Part shown: in pieces, positions 1 through 9,622 of the stretch
Layout: the number at the start of each line of letters is the position of its first letter
Numbering within the stretch: the first letter of the stretch is position 1
From: an uncultured Methanosarcinales archaeon
GTDB taxonomy: Archaea; Nanobdellota; Nanobdellia; Woesearchaeales; CAYSVS01
Reading direction: 5' to 3'
DNA: 48,368 nt
Assembly: GCA_964589485.1 (NCBI GenBank)
Contig: CAZPRK010000001.1
Coordinates: forward strand, 1-48,368
Notes under the pieces: model-generated
Databases searched by the model: none
Told to the model about the DNA's origin: nothing
What the model saw: only the letters and a program-made list of their open reading frames with translations
Program-made: the position numbers and the translations under genes

Positions 1-85
1 TCAAATGAATATTCAGGATGAAATAGTTAGTAAACTGTCAAACTTGGGTTATATGATTTTTCAACTTAAGCCATTTTTCATATAA
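1..85 (+). CDS. 3' end of a gene running in from the left edge; possible sulfatase/alkaline phosphatase-superfamily C-terminus
   Basis: Manual translation from nt 2 gives QMNIQDEIVSKLSNLGYMIFQLKPFFI*. The 'E-x3-L-x2-LGY' tail is typical of sulfatase/phosphodiesterase C-termini. Only 27 codons are visible. Confidence 0.35.
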   Translation, partial: QMNIQDEIVSKLSNLGYMIFQLKPFFI

Positions 86-251
86 AAAACTCTAATTTAG
101 CTCAGTATAAAAATTAAAAATATTTTGTCAAAACCAATTAACGATATTTATTTTATTTTTATTAAATATTCACCATATTTATTTTAAAACAAGACTCGCT
201 AGCTTAAATAGTTAGCTAGTTTTATACGTTATATACTAAAAAAAATAAAAA

Positions 252-1811
252 TCACTTTCTTTTAAAAAACAAGAAAGCTATTAATATTAACAATACAATC
301 GTTATATTTGTTGTACTAAAAAGACTTCCACTATTCTCTAAGTTAACTGCAACTGCATTTACATCTATTTTTTTAACTTCTTCTTTAATCAAATAACTTA
401 CTTTTTTTAAGTCTCCTTTTTTAACTTTTCCAACATCAAAATAAAATATTGGATCTTTTTCTAAAATAACAAATCCTTCATCTAAAGCTTTAATGTCATC
501 AGTTGATTCAACTATTGACTTCGGTAAAACTTCAACAATCATCATATTATCTGCATCTTTTTCTGCTCTAAAGAGTAAAGTAACTTTTGTTCCATAGTTG
601 CTATCTTCACTTGGCTTTAAGTTAACAGTTCTATAAACTTCAGAAGCTTCTCCATTTTCTATTGCTTTCATTATATCTTCTAATTTACTTTTTGCAGAAC
701 TACTTATATCTCCAACATTCAAGAAATGTTCAGGAATAGCTTCTCTTTCTTGCTTAGGGTTTACATTAACTGAACTTTGAAATAAGCTAGTTTTTTTATT
801 GTCATAATATACTCTTCCATTTAGAGCATACCTTCCTGGTTTTTCTGGTTCAAAAAACATATCAAAGTTAACATTTTCCCCAACACCTATTTCCAATTCT
901 TCAGACTCCAATAGTTTAACTATTTCTCCATCTAATTCAATCGTTCCTTTAAATTTAGCTGAATATTTTTTTTCTCCCGTATTTCTAAATACTACAGTTA
1001 TTGGAGTAATTTGACCTACATGCATCCACCCAGTTCTAATTATTTCAATTAATTGACCTAAAGCTTTTTTTGACCCTTCTCCTAAAACATCAAAATTAAT
1101 TATTTTATTATACCCGCATTCATCAATTTCAAATTCAGTCCAATATTGTCCTTCTTCTAAAGTATTTTCAATTTCAAAAGATCTTTCATTTTTAACAGTA
1201 GGTAATATTTTATCAAAATTGATTGTTTCTGAATTAATTAAATTTTGTTCAAGGTCATAAATTTTTAATTCCATATCCGGACTTAAAAATACATTTCCTT
1301 GATTTTCTAAATAAGTTTTTACAACAATTTCTTTACTTATTTCAGCATCTTGAATATTTGCACTTATTACTTTACACTTTTTAATTTCTTGATCACTTAC
1401 TGTAATTTTAATTTTTGAAGTTACTCCTGGTAAGATTTGAACTCCTGTTTCAAGCGACACATCATCTTTTGAAACCATTCTAAAGCTTACATAACTTTCA
1501 TAATCCCCGTTAGGAACATCTAGAGGAATGTTTATCATTACTTTTACATATTTTGGCTCGGATTTAGTTGCAATAATTATTTCATTTCCAGAATCTAAAC
1601 TCACCCACTCATGGCTTCCGTCTTTTGATGAAACTTGAGACATAAAATTCAATATATTACTAGTTGTACTTAATCTTACTTTAGTTTCTGCATACCCACC
1701 TCTTACCATATTTTCATGTTCAATAGTTGCAGGTGACATTGCTAAACTCGTTGCATTAACTAAATTAACTAAATAAAAAACCATAACCATGTAAATTATT
1801 AACTTCCTCAT
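252..1811 (-). CDS. Secreted, C-terminally anchored multi-Ig/CARDB-like surface protein (519 aa)
   Basis: N-terminal Sec signal (LVNLVNA), beta-sandwich-like segments (ITVVFRNTGEK, YLENQGNV), juxtamembrane 'EVLPKSIVESTDDI...EKDP' domain, C-terminal TM plus KRK. Confidence 0.8.
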   Translation of the reverse strand: MRKLIIYMVMVFYLVNLVNATSLAMSPATIEHENMVRGGYAETKVRLSTTSNILNFMSQVSSKDGSHEWVSLDSGNEIIIATKSEPKYVKVMINIPLDVPNGDYESYVSFRMVSKDDVSLETGVQILPGVTSKIKITVSDQEIKKCKVISANIQDAEISKEIVVKTYLENQGNVFLSPDMELKIYDLEQNLINSETINFDKILPTVKNERSFEIENTLEEGQYWTEFEIDECGYNKIINFDVLGEGSKKALGQLIEIIRTGWMHVGQITPITVVFRNTGEKKYSAKFKGTIELDGEIVKLLESEELEIGVGENVNFDMFFEPEKPGRYALNGRVYYDNKKTSLFQSSVNVNPKQEREAIPEHFLNVGDISSSAKSKLEDIMKAIENGEASEVYRTVNLKPSEDSNYGTKVTLLFRAEKDADNMMIVEVLPKSIVESTDDIKALDEGFVILEKDPIFYFDVGKVKKGDLKKVSYLIKEEVKKIDVNAVAVNLENSGSLFSTTNITIVLLILIAFLFFKRK

Positions 1812-1818
1812 ACTTAAT

Positions 1819-3540
1819 TCACCCCTGAATTGCTAAAATATTAAGACTTCCATTGCAAGTTCCAGAAACCACTGGACTTATTGGAATTCCAAATCCCCAA
1901 TAAATTGTTGTATTTGTTGGTATTGTAACTGCACCATTAGTTTGTTTATTTAAATTTATCGATATGTTATTTCCATCTTGACTACTTGCTATTTTCGAAG
2001 AATATACTGTACTTGCAGTTGTCGAATATTTTAAATTTTCAATACTAATATTATTCTGAGTACACTGCATTGCACTCCCATCTTCTTCTGTAACGGCATA
2101 AGCTTTCGTAGTAACATTAAACATAACATTCCCATTATTTTTAATTAATGAAGTATAATCAGTAGTTCCAGTATTTTGATTAATTTCTAAATTACCAAAA
2201 TCAATTGAATTTTCATGAATATCTATTGCCAATAATTCATTCATTGTTGCCGTAGTGACATTTGAAGTATTTTCCGTAATTTGCGCAGTCACATTACATT
2301 CCCATGTTCCCGAATTTGCAAAAAAATATACATTAAATAAACAATTAAATGAACTTGTATCTGAATCGATAGTAGTTAAAGAACAAGAATTATTTGAATA
2401 ATGTTTAGCATTATCATCACTACTTTCGCTATTTGAGTTAGTTTTATCATAAAGTTTAGCAATTAATGAAGTAATAGAATCATAACTATACTCCACATTT
2501 CCCGAACAATTAAGTAAAGTAGTTGTTCCAGCAGTTAAATCTAATCCATTTAATAATCCATCAAAATCGTCAAGAAGTAAATTATTTATATAAAAATAAT
2601 AATCTATAATTACTAATCTTTTTTGGCTGTGTTGGTTACTTCTATTATCATAACACGTTACATTCCAATCATAATTTCCATTTGCTAAAGTAGTTGTAAA
2701 GGTTTGATTAGTATTTTGAGTTACTGAAAAATCAGTTTGATTTATAGTATTATTAAAGTACAAACTACAATTTGCAATACTTGCATCATCCGAAACATCA
2801 TATGTAAATGTATGAGTTTGGGATTTTAATGTTGTTACATTTATTGGATCAACTAAATTTACAACAGGAGGAGTTGTATCTGAAGTAATGGTTAAAACTA
2901 AATTATCTATTGTTAAATTTTCAAATTTAAAGAAAAAATCATTTGTACAACTTGAATTAACAGTAACTAAATAATCGCCTGAAGAATTAGTGGTTATATT
3001 CCAATAAGTTGTTGTTGAACTTTTTGAGGCAATATTTCCTAAACTATTACTTTCCGATCCATCATTTAAATAAATATTACTTGAGTTAAAAACAATATCC
3101 GAAGTACAAGAAGTTCCTAAAGTTTCGCCTATATTTTGTATTGTTGCATTAATAGTAAATTGAGAAAATTCCACTTTGCTTGTTGTTGGAGATGTAATCG
3201 TTGTATTTGTTTCTGATGGCCTAGTTTTGTTAAGGTATACATCAACATTACTTGTATCACCTGTTAAATTCAATATAACTTCCCCATATTTTGTAGAGTT
3301 ATATGCCCATATGTAAACCATATCGCTTATATTTGCATAAGTAGTTAAAGAATATCCTGCAGTAGAGTTAGATTTAGAAGAATTAAGATAAGTACTTTCA
3401 TTATTATATAAGTGTATATCAACATTAGAATAAACATTCGGATAATTAGAATTATGCGTAGTTCCTGAAATTACATAATAATTTTCAGCATAAGTTATTT
3501 GTACTAGTAACAATAACATCAAAATTAATAATCTCTTCAA
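1819..3540 (-). CDS. Secreted Thr/Ser/Asn-rich Ig-like/CARDB glycoprotein
   Basis: ORF 1819..3573. A TTG start at 3540 is preferred because a GGGGGGT RBS precedes it and it gives the signal peptide MKRLLILMLLLLVQITYA. Contains DTTPPVV Ig-like repeat and many N-x-S/T sequons. Confidence 0.75.
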   Translation of the reverse strand: MKRLLILMLLLLVQITYAENYYVISGTTHNSNYPNVYSNVDIHLYNNESTYLNSSKSNSTAGYSLTTYANISDMVYIWAYNSTKYGEVILNLTGDTSNVDVYLNKTRPSETNTTITSPTTSKVEFSQFTINATIQNIGETLGTSCTSDIVFNSSNIYLNDGSESNSLGNIASKSSTTTYWNITTNSSGDYLVTVNSSCTNDFFFKFENLTIDNLVLTITSDTTPPVVNLVDPINVTTLKSQTHTFTYDVSDDASIANCSLYFNNTINQTDFSVTQNTNQTFTTTLANGNYDWNVTCYDNRSNQHSQKRLVIIDYYFYINNLLLDDFDGLLNGLDLTAGTTTLLNCSGNVEYSYDSITSLIAKLYDKTNSNSESSDDNAKHYSNNSCSLTTIDSDTSSFNCLFNVYFFANSGTWECNVTAQITENTSNVTTATMNELLAIDIHENSIDFGNLEINQNTGTTDYTSLIKNNGNVMFNVTTKAYAVTEEDGSAMQCTQNNISIENLKYSTTASTVYSSKIASSQDGNNISINLNKQTNGAVTIPTNTTIYWGFGIPISPVVSGTCNGSLNILAIQG

Positions 3541-3585
3541 ATATAAACCCCCCTTTAATTTATATTTATACATAACTATTTTATA

Positions 3586-5649
3586 TTATTTTTGGTTATT
3601 CATATTAAAATGTTCTAACATTATTTGTTGCATATGTTTTGGATCTTTAGCTTCCATAAACTTTATTGATAACTTTTCAAACCCTATTAATTTAACCCAA
3701 TTCCAAAAATCACCTTTATAATGATGATGCATAAAAGTTTCATAATCTATTTTTTCTAATTTGGTATAAAGTTCATCTAAATTTCTAATAACTTCTTTAT
3801 TTTTTAAATATAAGTAATCCTTATTTTTTCTTTTTTTTATTAAAAATAAAAAAAATATTAAAACTAGTATTATAATCAAAATATAATAATTAAACTTTTT
3901 TCCTTTACTAAATTCAACTATTGCGAATTTATCACTTTGATAAATTAGTTTTAATTTATAATCTACAACTCCGTCGTTATCTATATCTAATAAAGTTTCT
4001 TGATCATTTACAGACATTATCAAATTATTTAAATTTAAATCAACTAAATCTTTACTAATTCTATCTAATTTTAAAACATACTTTTGCCCTTTATAATTAA
4101 ACTCATAATCAACTCCTTTAACTAAATCCAACTTAAAATTAAAGTAATTATCTTCAATTTTTTTAATATGTTTAAACTGTTTAGGTTCTTGTAATATTGG
4201 TTCTTTTGTTTCATTTTTATATTCTTCAATAAATTCTTGATTATAATTACATTCTTCTACTTCTTCAGGCTTATTATAATTTTTTTGACATCCATTTGTA
4301 TCTACACAATTCCTTACTCTTAAATTTTCAGATAAACACTTCCCCCATTCACTACATTCCCACCTTGAAATACATATTCCCAATCCTCCGCCCCCGCCTC
4401 CACCTGAACTACTACTTGATGAAGAACTACTTGACGAACTTGAGCTACTACTACTGCTCGAACTAGAACTACTACTTGAAGGAACATCACCTTGCCTTAT
4501 TGTAAACCCTGAATAAGATGTCGTATTGTATTCTATATAGTTTCCATCCAAATCTATTGAAACATTTTCAGTTTGTTCAACCCAAGAAGATAAACAATCT
4601 TGATTGTCAAAAGAATAATTATTACATTTATACAGTTCCAAATAAGAAGCATTTGTAAAAGGTGCACCAGAATAAGAAAAATGATTAGTTGCTAATGTAA
4701 AGTTAAAAGTATTTACCACACCATAAATTACCAAATCATCTTCACTTGTACCATTATATTTATCTATTCCAAATTCCGCATCCGGATTTTCACTTAAATT
4801 TACTCCCTCTAAAGTTAAAGAAATAGATTCATCAAATCCTTCAAAATTCAAATCAACTTCTGAATCAATTGCATCCAAAGTAATATTTTCACCAGAAGAA
4901 TTACCTTGGTTTAAGGGTACACCTCTAAATAAAATCTTTAATTTAGTTTTTGCCTTACTTGCAGTACTATTTTCGTTACTTCCTGTATTTAAATTTACTT
5001 TTAATATTACTTTCTTAAAAACTTCGAAATAATCATATACATAAGTTTCGACTTCTCCATCTGTTGCATAAAAAGTAACATTATATCTTCCAAATAAAGG
5101 AGTATTAGCATAAGTTGTATTTTGATTATTTGTTAAAGCTATTTTCTCATATGTTCCATTGGGCATTGTTACATTTGCCCACATTTCAGTTACATAATAC
5201 CCTGATGCACCCAAAGTTACACTACTTCCATTTGGCAACCCATAAGGAGCTATTGTCGTATCTAAATCAATTAATACTGTAACTCCAACTATTTGGGAAT
5301 CAACTCCCTCCATTGAATCAGTTACTGATACATTTACATCATAAAGCCCAGCATCTCCCTGTCTTGTTTTCCATTGACCTGTTGAATTAAATGGAGAAGT
5401 AAAAGCATAAGTCATAGAATGTCTATTTACATCTGTTGCACTTAAATTCCCAGTACTATTTATATCTGCAACACTCCCTTCAGTTACAGTAATATTACTT
5501 AAATTATTCAATACAGGTGGAATATTTTGTATATATACTTTAGAAACAACATCTCCAGTAATTTGATTCCCACCTTTACTAAAAAAAAACAAAGAGAATA
5601 TTACTAACAATATCAAAATCCACAAATAAATACTAAGCTTTCCCCTCAT
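3586..5649 (-). CDS. Membrane-anchored surface protein: Ig-like, PGF-pre-PGF-like domain, Ser/Gly linker, Cys motif, TM, cytoplasmic DUF5752-like tail (687 aa)
   Basis: N-terminal TM plus ITGDVV; NIPPVL Ig start; 'LELYKC...W...YNTTSYSGF'; poly-S/G; CxxxWxCxxWxxC motif; TM; tail IRNLDELY...FMHH...DFWNWV. Confidence 0.75.
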   Translation of the reverse strand: MRGKLSIYLWILILLVIFSLFFFSKGGNQITGDVVSKVYIQNIPPVLNNLSNITVTEGSVADINSTGNLSATDVNRHSMTYAFTSPFNSTGQWKTRQGDAGLYDVNVSVTDSMEGVDSQIVGVTVLIDLDTTIAPYGLPNGSSVTLGASGYYVTEMWANVTMPNGTYEKIALTNNQNTTYANTPLFGRYNVTFYATDGEVETYVYDYFEVFKKVILKVNLNTGSNENSTASKAKTKLKILFRGVPLNQGNSSGENITLDAIDSEVDLNFEGFDESISLTLEGVNLSENPDAEFGIDKYNGTSEDDLVIYGVVNTFNFTLATNHFSYSGAPFTNASYLELYKCNNYSFDNQDCLSSWVEQTENVSIDLDGNYIEYNTTSYSGFTIRQGDVPSSSSSSSSSSSSSSSSSSSSSSSSSGGGGGGGLGICISRWECSEWGKCLSENLRVRNCVDTNGCQKNYNKPEEVEECNYNQEFIEEYKNETKEPILQEPKQFKHIKKIEDNYFNFKLDLVKGVDYEFNYKGQKYVLKLDRISKDLVDLNLNNLIMSVNDQETLLDIDNDGVVDYKLKLIYQSDKFAIVEFSKGKKFNYYILIIILVLIFFLFLIKKRKNKDYLYLKNKEVIRNLDELYTKLEKIDYETFMHHHYKGDFWNWVKLIGFEKLSIKFMEAKDPKHMQQIMLEHFNMNNQK
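4384..4479 (-). repeat. Low-complexity coding linker, about Ser25-Gly7
   Basis: In-frame poly-Ser then poly-Gly built from mixed codons (TCA/AGT/TCT/TCG/AGC), so it is a protein-level linker and not a microsatellite. Confidence 0.85.
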
Positions 5650-5675
5650 TTTTTACAATAATTCTTAATTTAAAT

Positions 5676-5690
5676 TATATAAATGTTTTT
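5676..5690 (-). promoter_or_regulatory. Putative BRE-TATA promoter for the leftward 687/584/519-aa operon
   Basis: Minus strand AAAAACATTTATATA about 26 nt upstream of ATG 5649. Confidence 0.5.
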
Positions 5691-5848
5691 ATTAGGCACT
5701 ATTTCGATTAAAATAGATAAATATTTGGCACATCAAAACATCAAACAATATTAAAATAAAAGTAATAAAAATCACAATCAAATTAAAAAATGAAAAAACT
5801 AACATAACTAAAAAATAAAACAATAAAAATAATTTTAAACTAAAAATA

Positions 5849-5864
5849 CAAACATTTATAAATA
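5849..5864 (+). promoter_or_regulatory. Putative BRE-TATA promoter for the rightward RHH/CARDB operon
   Basis: CAAACATTTATAAATA about 45 nt upstream of ATG 5908. Confidence 0.5.
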
Positions 5865-5907
5865 ATTAAAAACAAAGATCATAAAAAAATAAAAATATTT
5901 TTCAAAC

Positions 5908-6066
5908 ATGGCAAGAGTTAACGTAAAAATACCGGACGATGTACACACTAAAGTTAAATTAATTTCTATATTAAAAAGAAGAACATTAAATGATTTTCTA
6001 GAAGATGCCATTAAAAGTGCAGTTGAAAAAGATAAAAATTTAATTAAAAAGTTAGGTGAAAAATGA
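5908..6066 (+). CDS. Ribbon-helix-helix (CopG/ParG-like) DNA-binding protein, 52 aa, missing from the ORF track
   Basis: MARVNVKIPDDVHTKVKLISILKRRTLNDFLEDAIKSAVEKDKNLIKKLGEK*: alternating beta strand, P-D-D-x-H helix, 'TLNDFLEDAI' second helix. Its stop overlaps the next ATG (ATGA at 6063-6066). Confidence 0.8.
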   Translation: MARVNVKIPDDVHTKVKLISILKRRTLNDFLEDAIKSAVEKDKNLIKKLGEK

Positions 6067-6821
6067 TAAAGAAAATATTAATAGGATTATGTATATTGTT
6101 CTTACCTATTTTTGTTTCTGCTTCAGAAATAGATTTTAATGATATGCCTATTGGTGACAATATTGTTAATTTAATAGTTAGTCCTATTACTTTTGACTCC
6201 ACTATTGCTAAAGATATTAAAGCAAATGTTAAAACAACTATTAAAAATTTAGGTCCTTCATCTGCAACAAACATATTAGTTAAATTTTATGTAGATGGTG
6301 AATTAAAAGATACTTTCATTTCAAATTCATTAAATAAAAATGAAGATATGAATTTAATTTTTGATTGGGTTCCTAAAAAAGACATACAATTAGTTAAAAT
6401 AGTTGTTGAAAGTTCTGAAGGCGATTCTGACTTTGAAGACAATATTGCAAATAAAAGAGTTAAAGTAGAAAATATAATGAATGTTAACATAAACAACCTA
6501 GATGCTACATTAAGTATTCCCCCTTATTTTATTTTTAAAAGCAACACAGATGTAGAAATTAAATCATTCATTACTAATTTTGGGCCAACTGAAATTAGAA
6601 ATATTCCTGTTGAGTTATCTATAGATAGTGGAATTGAAATTAAAGGTAATTCAAAAAAAACAATTTACTCTCTAAATGCTGGAGAAACTAAAGAACTAAC
6701 TTGGTTAGTTGTACCAAAAATAAAATACGATAGACCCGGAAATATTATGATAATCAAAATAGGAGACAAACCAATGTCTGATAAATTAATTACTTACGAT
6801 GGGGTGCATGGTTTCATATGA
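6063..6821 (+). CDS. Secreted CARDB-domain protein (252 aa)
   Basis: Signal peptide (PIFVSA). Two CARDB-like repeats: IKNLGPSSATNILVKFYVDG...W...DNIA and ITNFGPTEIRNI...SLNAGETKELTW. Confidence 0.8.
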   Translation: MIKKILIGLCILFLPIFVSASEIDFNDMPIGDNIVNLIVSPITFDSTIAKDIKANVKTTIKNLGPSSATNILVKFYVDGELKDTFISNSLNKNEDMNLIFDWVPKKDIQLVKIVVESSEGDSDFEDNIANKRVKVENIMNVNINNLDATLSIPPYFIFKSNTDVEIKSFITNFGPTEIRNIPVELSIDSGIEIKGNSKKTIYSLNAGETKELTWLVVPKIKYDRPGNIMIIKIGDKPMSDKLITYDGVHGFI

Positions 6822-9622
6822 TAAATAAATCATCTACTTGGATACTTGTATTTATTATGTTACTTAGTACTGTAATAGCTTCCGGATCAGTATGGACTGG
6901 TGCATTAAGCCCAAGTACTGTAAGTATTTGCGGAAATTTCACCAATCAAACAACTATTACTGCTTCTAATGTTTGGAACAGTGAATCAGTTCAACTAACT
7001 AGTGTAACTGCTGAATTAATAGTTCCAAATTCATCCGGAATTAGCTTTGTTTCGAGTAGTTCAGTTAGCTTAGGAAATATTGCTTCACAAGCCCAATCTT
7101 CAATAAACCCTTCATGGGTTATAGAATGTGATAATTCTGTATCTGGTGCAAACACATTACATGTTAATTATAGTTCATCAAACGAATATAATGGATCTTC
7201 AATAGATCAAGCAACAAGTGTTGTAACAACTTATGCAATAGTTGATAATACAGTCCCTTTAGTAACTTCACATTTACCTGGAACTTATGCAACAACATCC
7301 ACACTTCAATTATATGTTGAAACTGATGAAACATCTGATTGTAAATTTGACTCAAGCGATATTGGTTATGATTCCATGGGAACTAATTTTACAATAACTT
7401 CAAGCACTAAACACAACTATACTTTAAATGGATTATCTGAAGGAACACACAATTATTATGTTAGATGTAAAGATAACCAAGGAAATAAAATGTCTTCAAG
7501 TTATGCGATTAGCTTTACTCTGGACACAACCTTACCTAGCATTACAAGTCATGAGCCTGATGCCGTACTTGCAGGAAGTACTACAACTTTAAAAGTAGTT
7601 ACTGATGAACTTAGTATTTGTAAGTACGACACTACATCAAGTAAAGCTTTTGATGACATGAGTAACCACCTTAGTCAAGTTCATACTTTAACCCATTCAA
7701 AAACTTTACAAGGTTTAAGCGCACAACCATATAATTATTACATCAAATGTCAAGATAAAGCAGGCAATTCACAAATTAATGATTATGTTATACAATTTGA
7801 ACAAGATTTACCACCTACTGCAATTATTAATTTAAGCGAAAATGCTCCACTAAAGCCAGGAACTTATGACGTTACAGTTACTACATCTGAACCCGTTCAA
7901 TACAAACCAACATTACAATACAACATAGGGGGAAGTAGTGGGGACATACCTTTATTCGGATCAAATACTTCATGGAAAGGTTACTTAATAATTTCAAGTG
8001 GTCAAAGCGGGGTTAGTTATTTCACATTTAGTGGAACTGACCTTAGCGGAAATATTGGAAATGAAATTACAGGAGGAAGTGTATTTATTGTAGATTCAAA
8101 CAACCCTAGTATCCCTTTAGGTTTAACTGGGTCAAGCGAAGATAATGGAGATATCGAATTATCTTGGTATTTTAAAGATGATGACGTCAGTTTTTACAAA
8201 ATATACAGATCAACTTCAAAAGGAGTTTCAATAATTGATTATTTTGATAATTCTACAGATAAATCATATCTAGATGAAACTGCAAAACCAGGAAGTACAT
8301 ATTATTATGCAATTAGTGCAGTTGATAAAGCTGGCAATGAAGGTAGTTTATCTTTAGAATTTACAATCACATCTAAGTCAGGAAGTAGTAATACTTCAAC
8401 CACAGAAACAATTGAAGAAATTAAAACAGAAGAAGTAGTTGAAGCATTAGATAGTAGTTTACATTATAAAATAGATAATCAAGTTGAAAGTGTGAAAAAT
8501 TTACTTAAAGATATTGATGATGCTGAAAAAACTTTGAAGGCTTCAAATAAAGATTTAGCTAAAACATTAAATTTACTAGGAAGTTTTTCATCTTTTAGGT
8601 CAAATCTCGAAAAGATTAATTCAGATACTAATAAATTAAAAGAAAAAGCAATATCTGAAAGTAATTTAGATTCAGAGATAAGTAAATTAAAATTAAAAGC
8701 AGAGGAAATTAAAAATAAAGTTCCAGTATCTATCAAAGTAGGAGATGAAGAAAAAGAAAGTTATTATGCTAAAGAAAATGATATAATTGAAAGTGTTGAT
8801 CAGTTCTTAAGAATTAAAAGGTTAACCACAATAGAAGATTCTAAGAAAAATAAATATTTGAATGAAATTGAAAAGATGCAAAGTAACTTTATGGTTGAAA
8901 CAATTTTCAAAGAAGTTACCATCAATTATTTAGATGGAGAAAAAACTTACAACACTTTAATTGAAAAAGAAATAACTGCAAAAGGAATAGAAGGAAAAAT
9001 ACAATTAATAGAAACTATACCTAAAGAAGTTGTAGAAAGCACAGATGAAATTGATTTTTTAGATAATGATTTCAGAATAATTGAGACTGATCCAGTAATT
9101 AAATTTGATTTTGAAGCTAAAGAAGAAATTAAGTTTTCATATTTAATTAAAAAAAGAGTTGGAGAAAAAGAAGGAATTAAATCCATATTTGTTAAAGATT
9201 TAAGTATTAAAAAAGAAAATAACGAAATTACAGGTAATTTTATAAACATACAAGACAAACTTAATAACTTAGGAGAAATTAAAAACCATTTATTCATAAT
9301 AATACTATTAATCATTTTAGCATATTTAATGTATTCAAAAAAAGGTGGAAAAGGTTTTAATTTGAAAAAAACAGTTATGAAATATTTTGACAGATCTAAA
9401 CACTTAAAACTAATAAATGGAAAATACATAAAAGATCTTAACAATTTGTATTCAGAACTGAATAAAATAGAAGGGAATGTTTTTTCCTACCATCACAGAA
9501 ATAAAGAATTTAGTAACTGGGTTTCAGACAAGCTTGGTTTTAAAAAATTAGGATCAAGATTAAACATTGCAAAATCTCCAAAAGAGATGCAAAAAATCAT
9601 GATAGATTTTTTTAAAAAATGA
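6818..9622 (+). CDS. Large surface protein: Ig-like repeats, FN3, coiled coil, TM, cytoplasmic DUF5752-like tail (934 aa)
   Basis: Signal peptide; two 'VxTDExxxCKY/F...YYxxCxDxxGN' repeats; FN3 (ELSW...YKIYRS...YYYAISAVDKAGNEG); helical stalk; TM; tail IKDLNNLY...FSYHH...FSNWV. Confidence 0.8.
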   Translation: MINKSSTWILVFIMLLSTVIASGSVWTGALSPSTVSICGNFTNQTTITASNVWNSESVQLTSVTAELIVPNSSGISFVSSSSVSLGNIASQAQSSINPSWVIECDNSVSGANTLHVNYSSSNEYNGSSIDQATSVVTTYAIVDNTVPLVTSHLPGTYATTSTLQLYVETDETSDCKFDSSDIGYDSMGTNFTITSSTKHNYTLNGLSEGTHNYYVRCKDNQGNKMSSSYAISFTLDTTLPSITSHEPDAVLAGSTTTLKVVTDELSICKYDTTSSKAFDDMSNHLSQVHTLTHSKTLQGLSAQPYNYYIKCQDKAGNSQINDYVIQFEQDLPPTAIINLSENAPLKPGTYDVTVTTSEPVQYKPTLQYNIGGSSGDIPLFGSNTSWKGYLIISSGQSGVSYFTFSGTDLSGNIGNEITGGSVFIVDSNNPSIPLGLTGSSEDNGDIELSWYFKDDDVSFYKIYRSTSKGVSIIDYFDNSTDKSYLDETAKPGSTYYYAISAVDKAGNEGSLSLEFTITSKSGSSNTSTTETIEEIKTEEVVEALDSSLHYKIDNQVESVKNLLKDIDDAEKTLKASNKDLAKTLNLLGSFSSFRSNLEKINSDTNKLKEKAISESNLDSEISKLKLKAEEIKNKVPVSIKVGDEEKESYYAKENDIIESVDQFLRIKRLTTIEDSKKNKYLNEIEKMQSNFMVETIFKEVTINYLDGEKTYNTLIEKEITAKGIEGKIQLIETIPKEVVESTDEIDFLDNDFRIIETDPVIKFDFEAKEEIKFSYLIKKRVGEKEGIKSIFVKDLSIKKENNEITGNFINIQDKLNNLGEIKNHLFIIILLIILAYLMYSKKGGKGFNLKKTVMKYFDRSKHLKLINGKYIKDLNNLYSELNKIEGNVFSYHHRNKEFSNWVSDKLGFKKLGSRLNIAKSPKEMQKIMIDFFKK

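Noticed and set aside
198..219. Short inverted repeat CTAGCT-n9-AGCTAG between convergent genes
   Set aside because: Only a 6-bp stem; too weak to call a terminator or operator
5908..6066. RHH gene as the antitoxin of a toxin-antitoxin pair
   Set aside because: The coupled downstream gene is a secreted CARDB protein, not a PIN/RelE/HicA toxin
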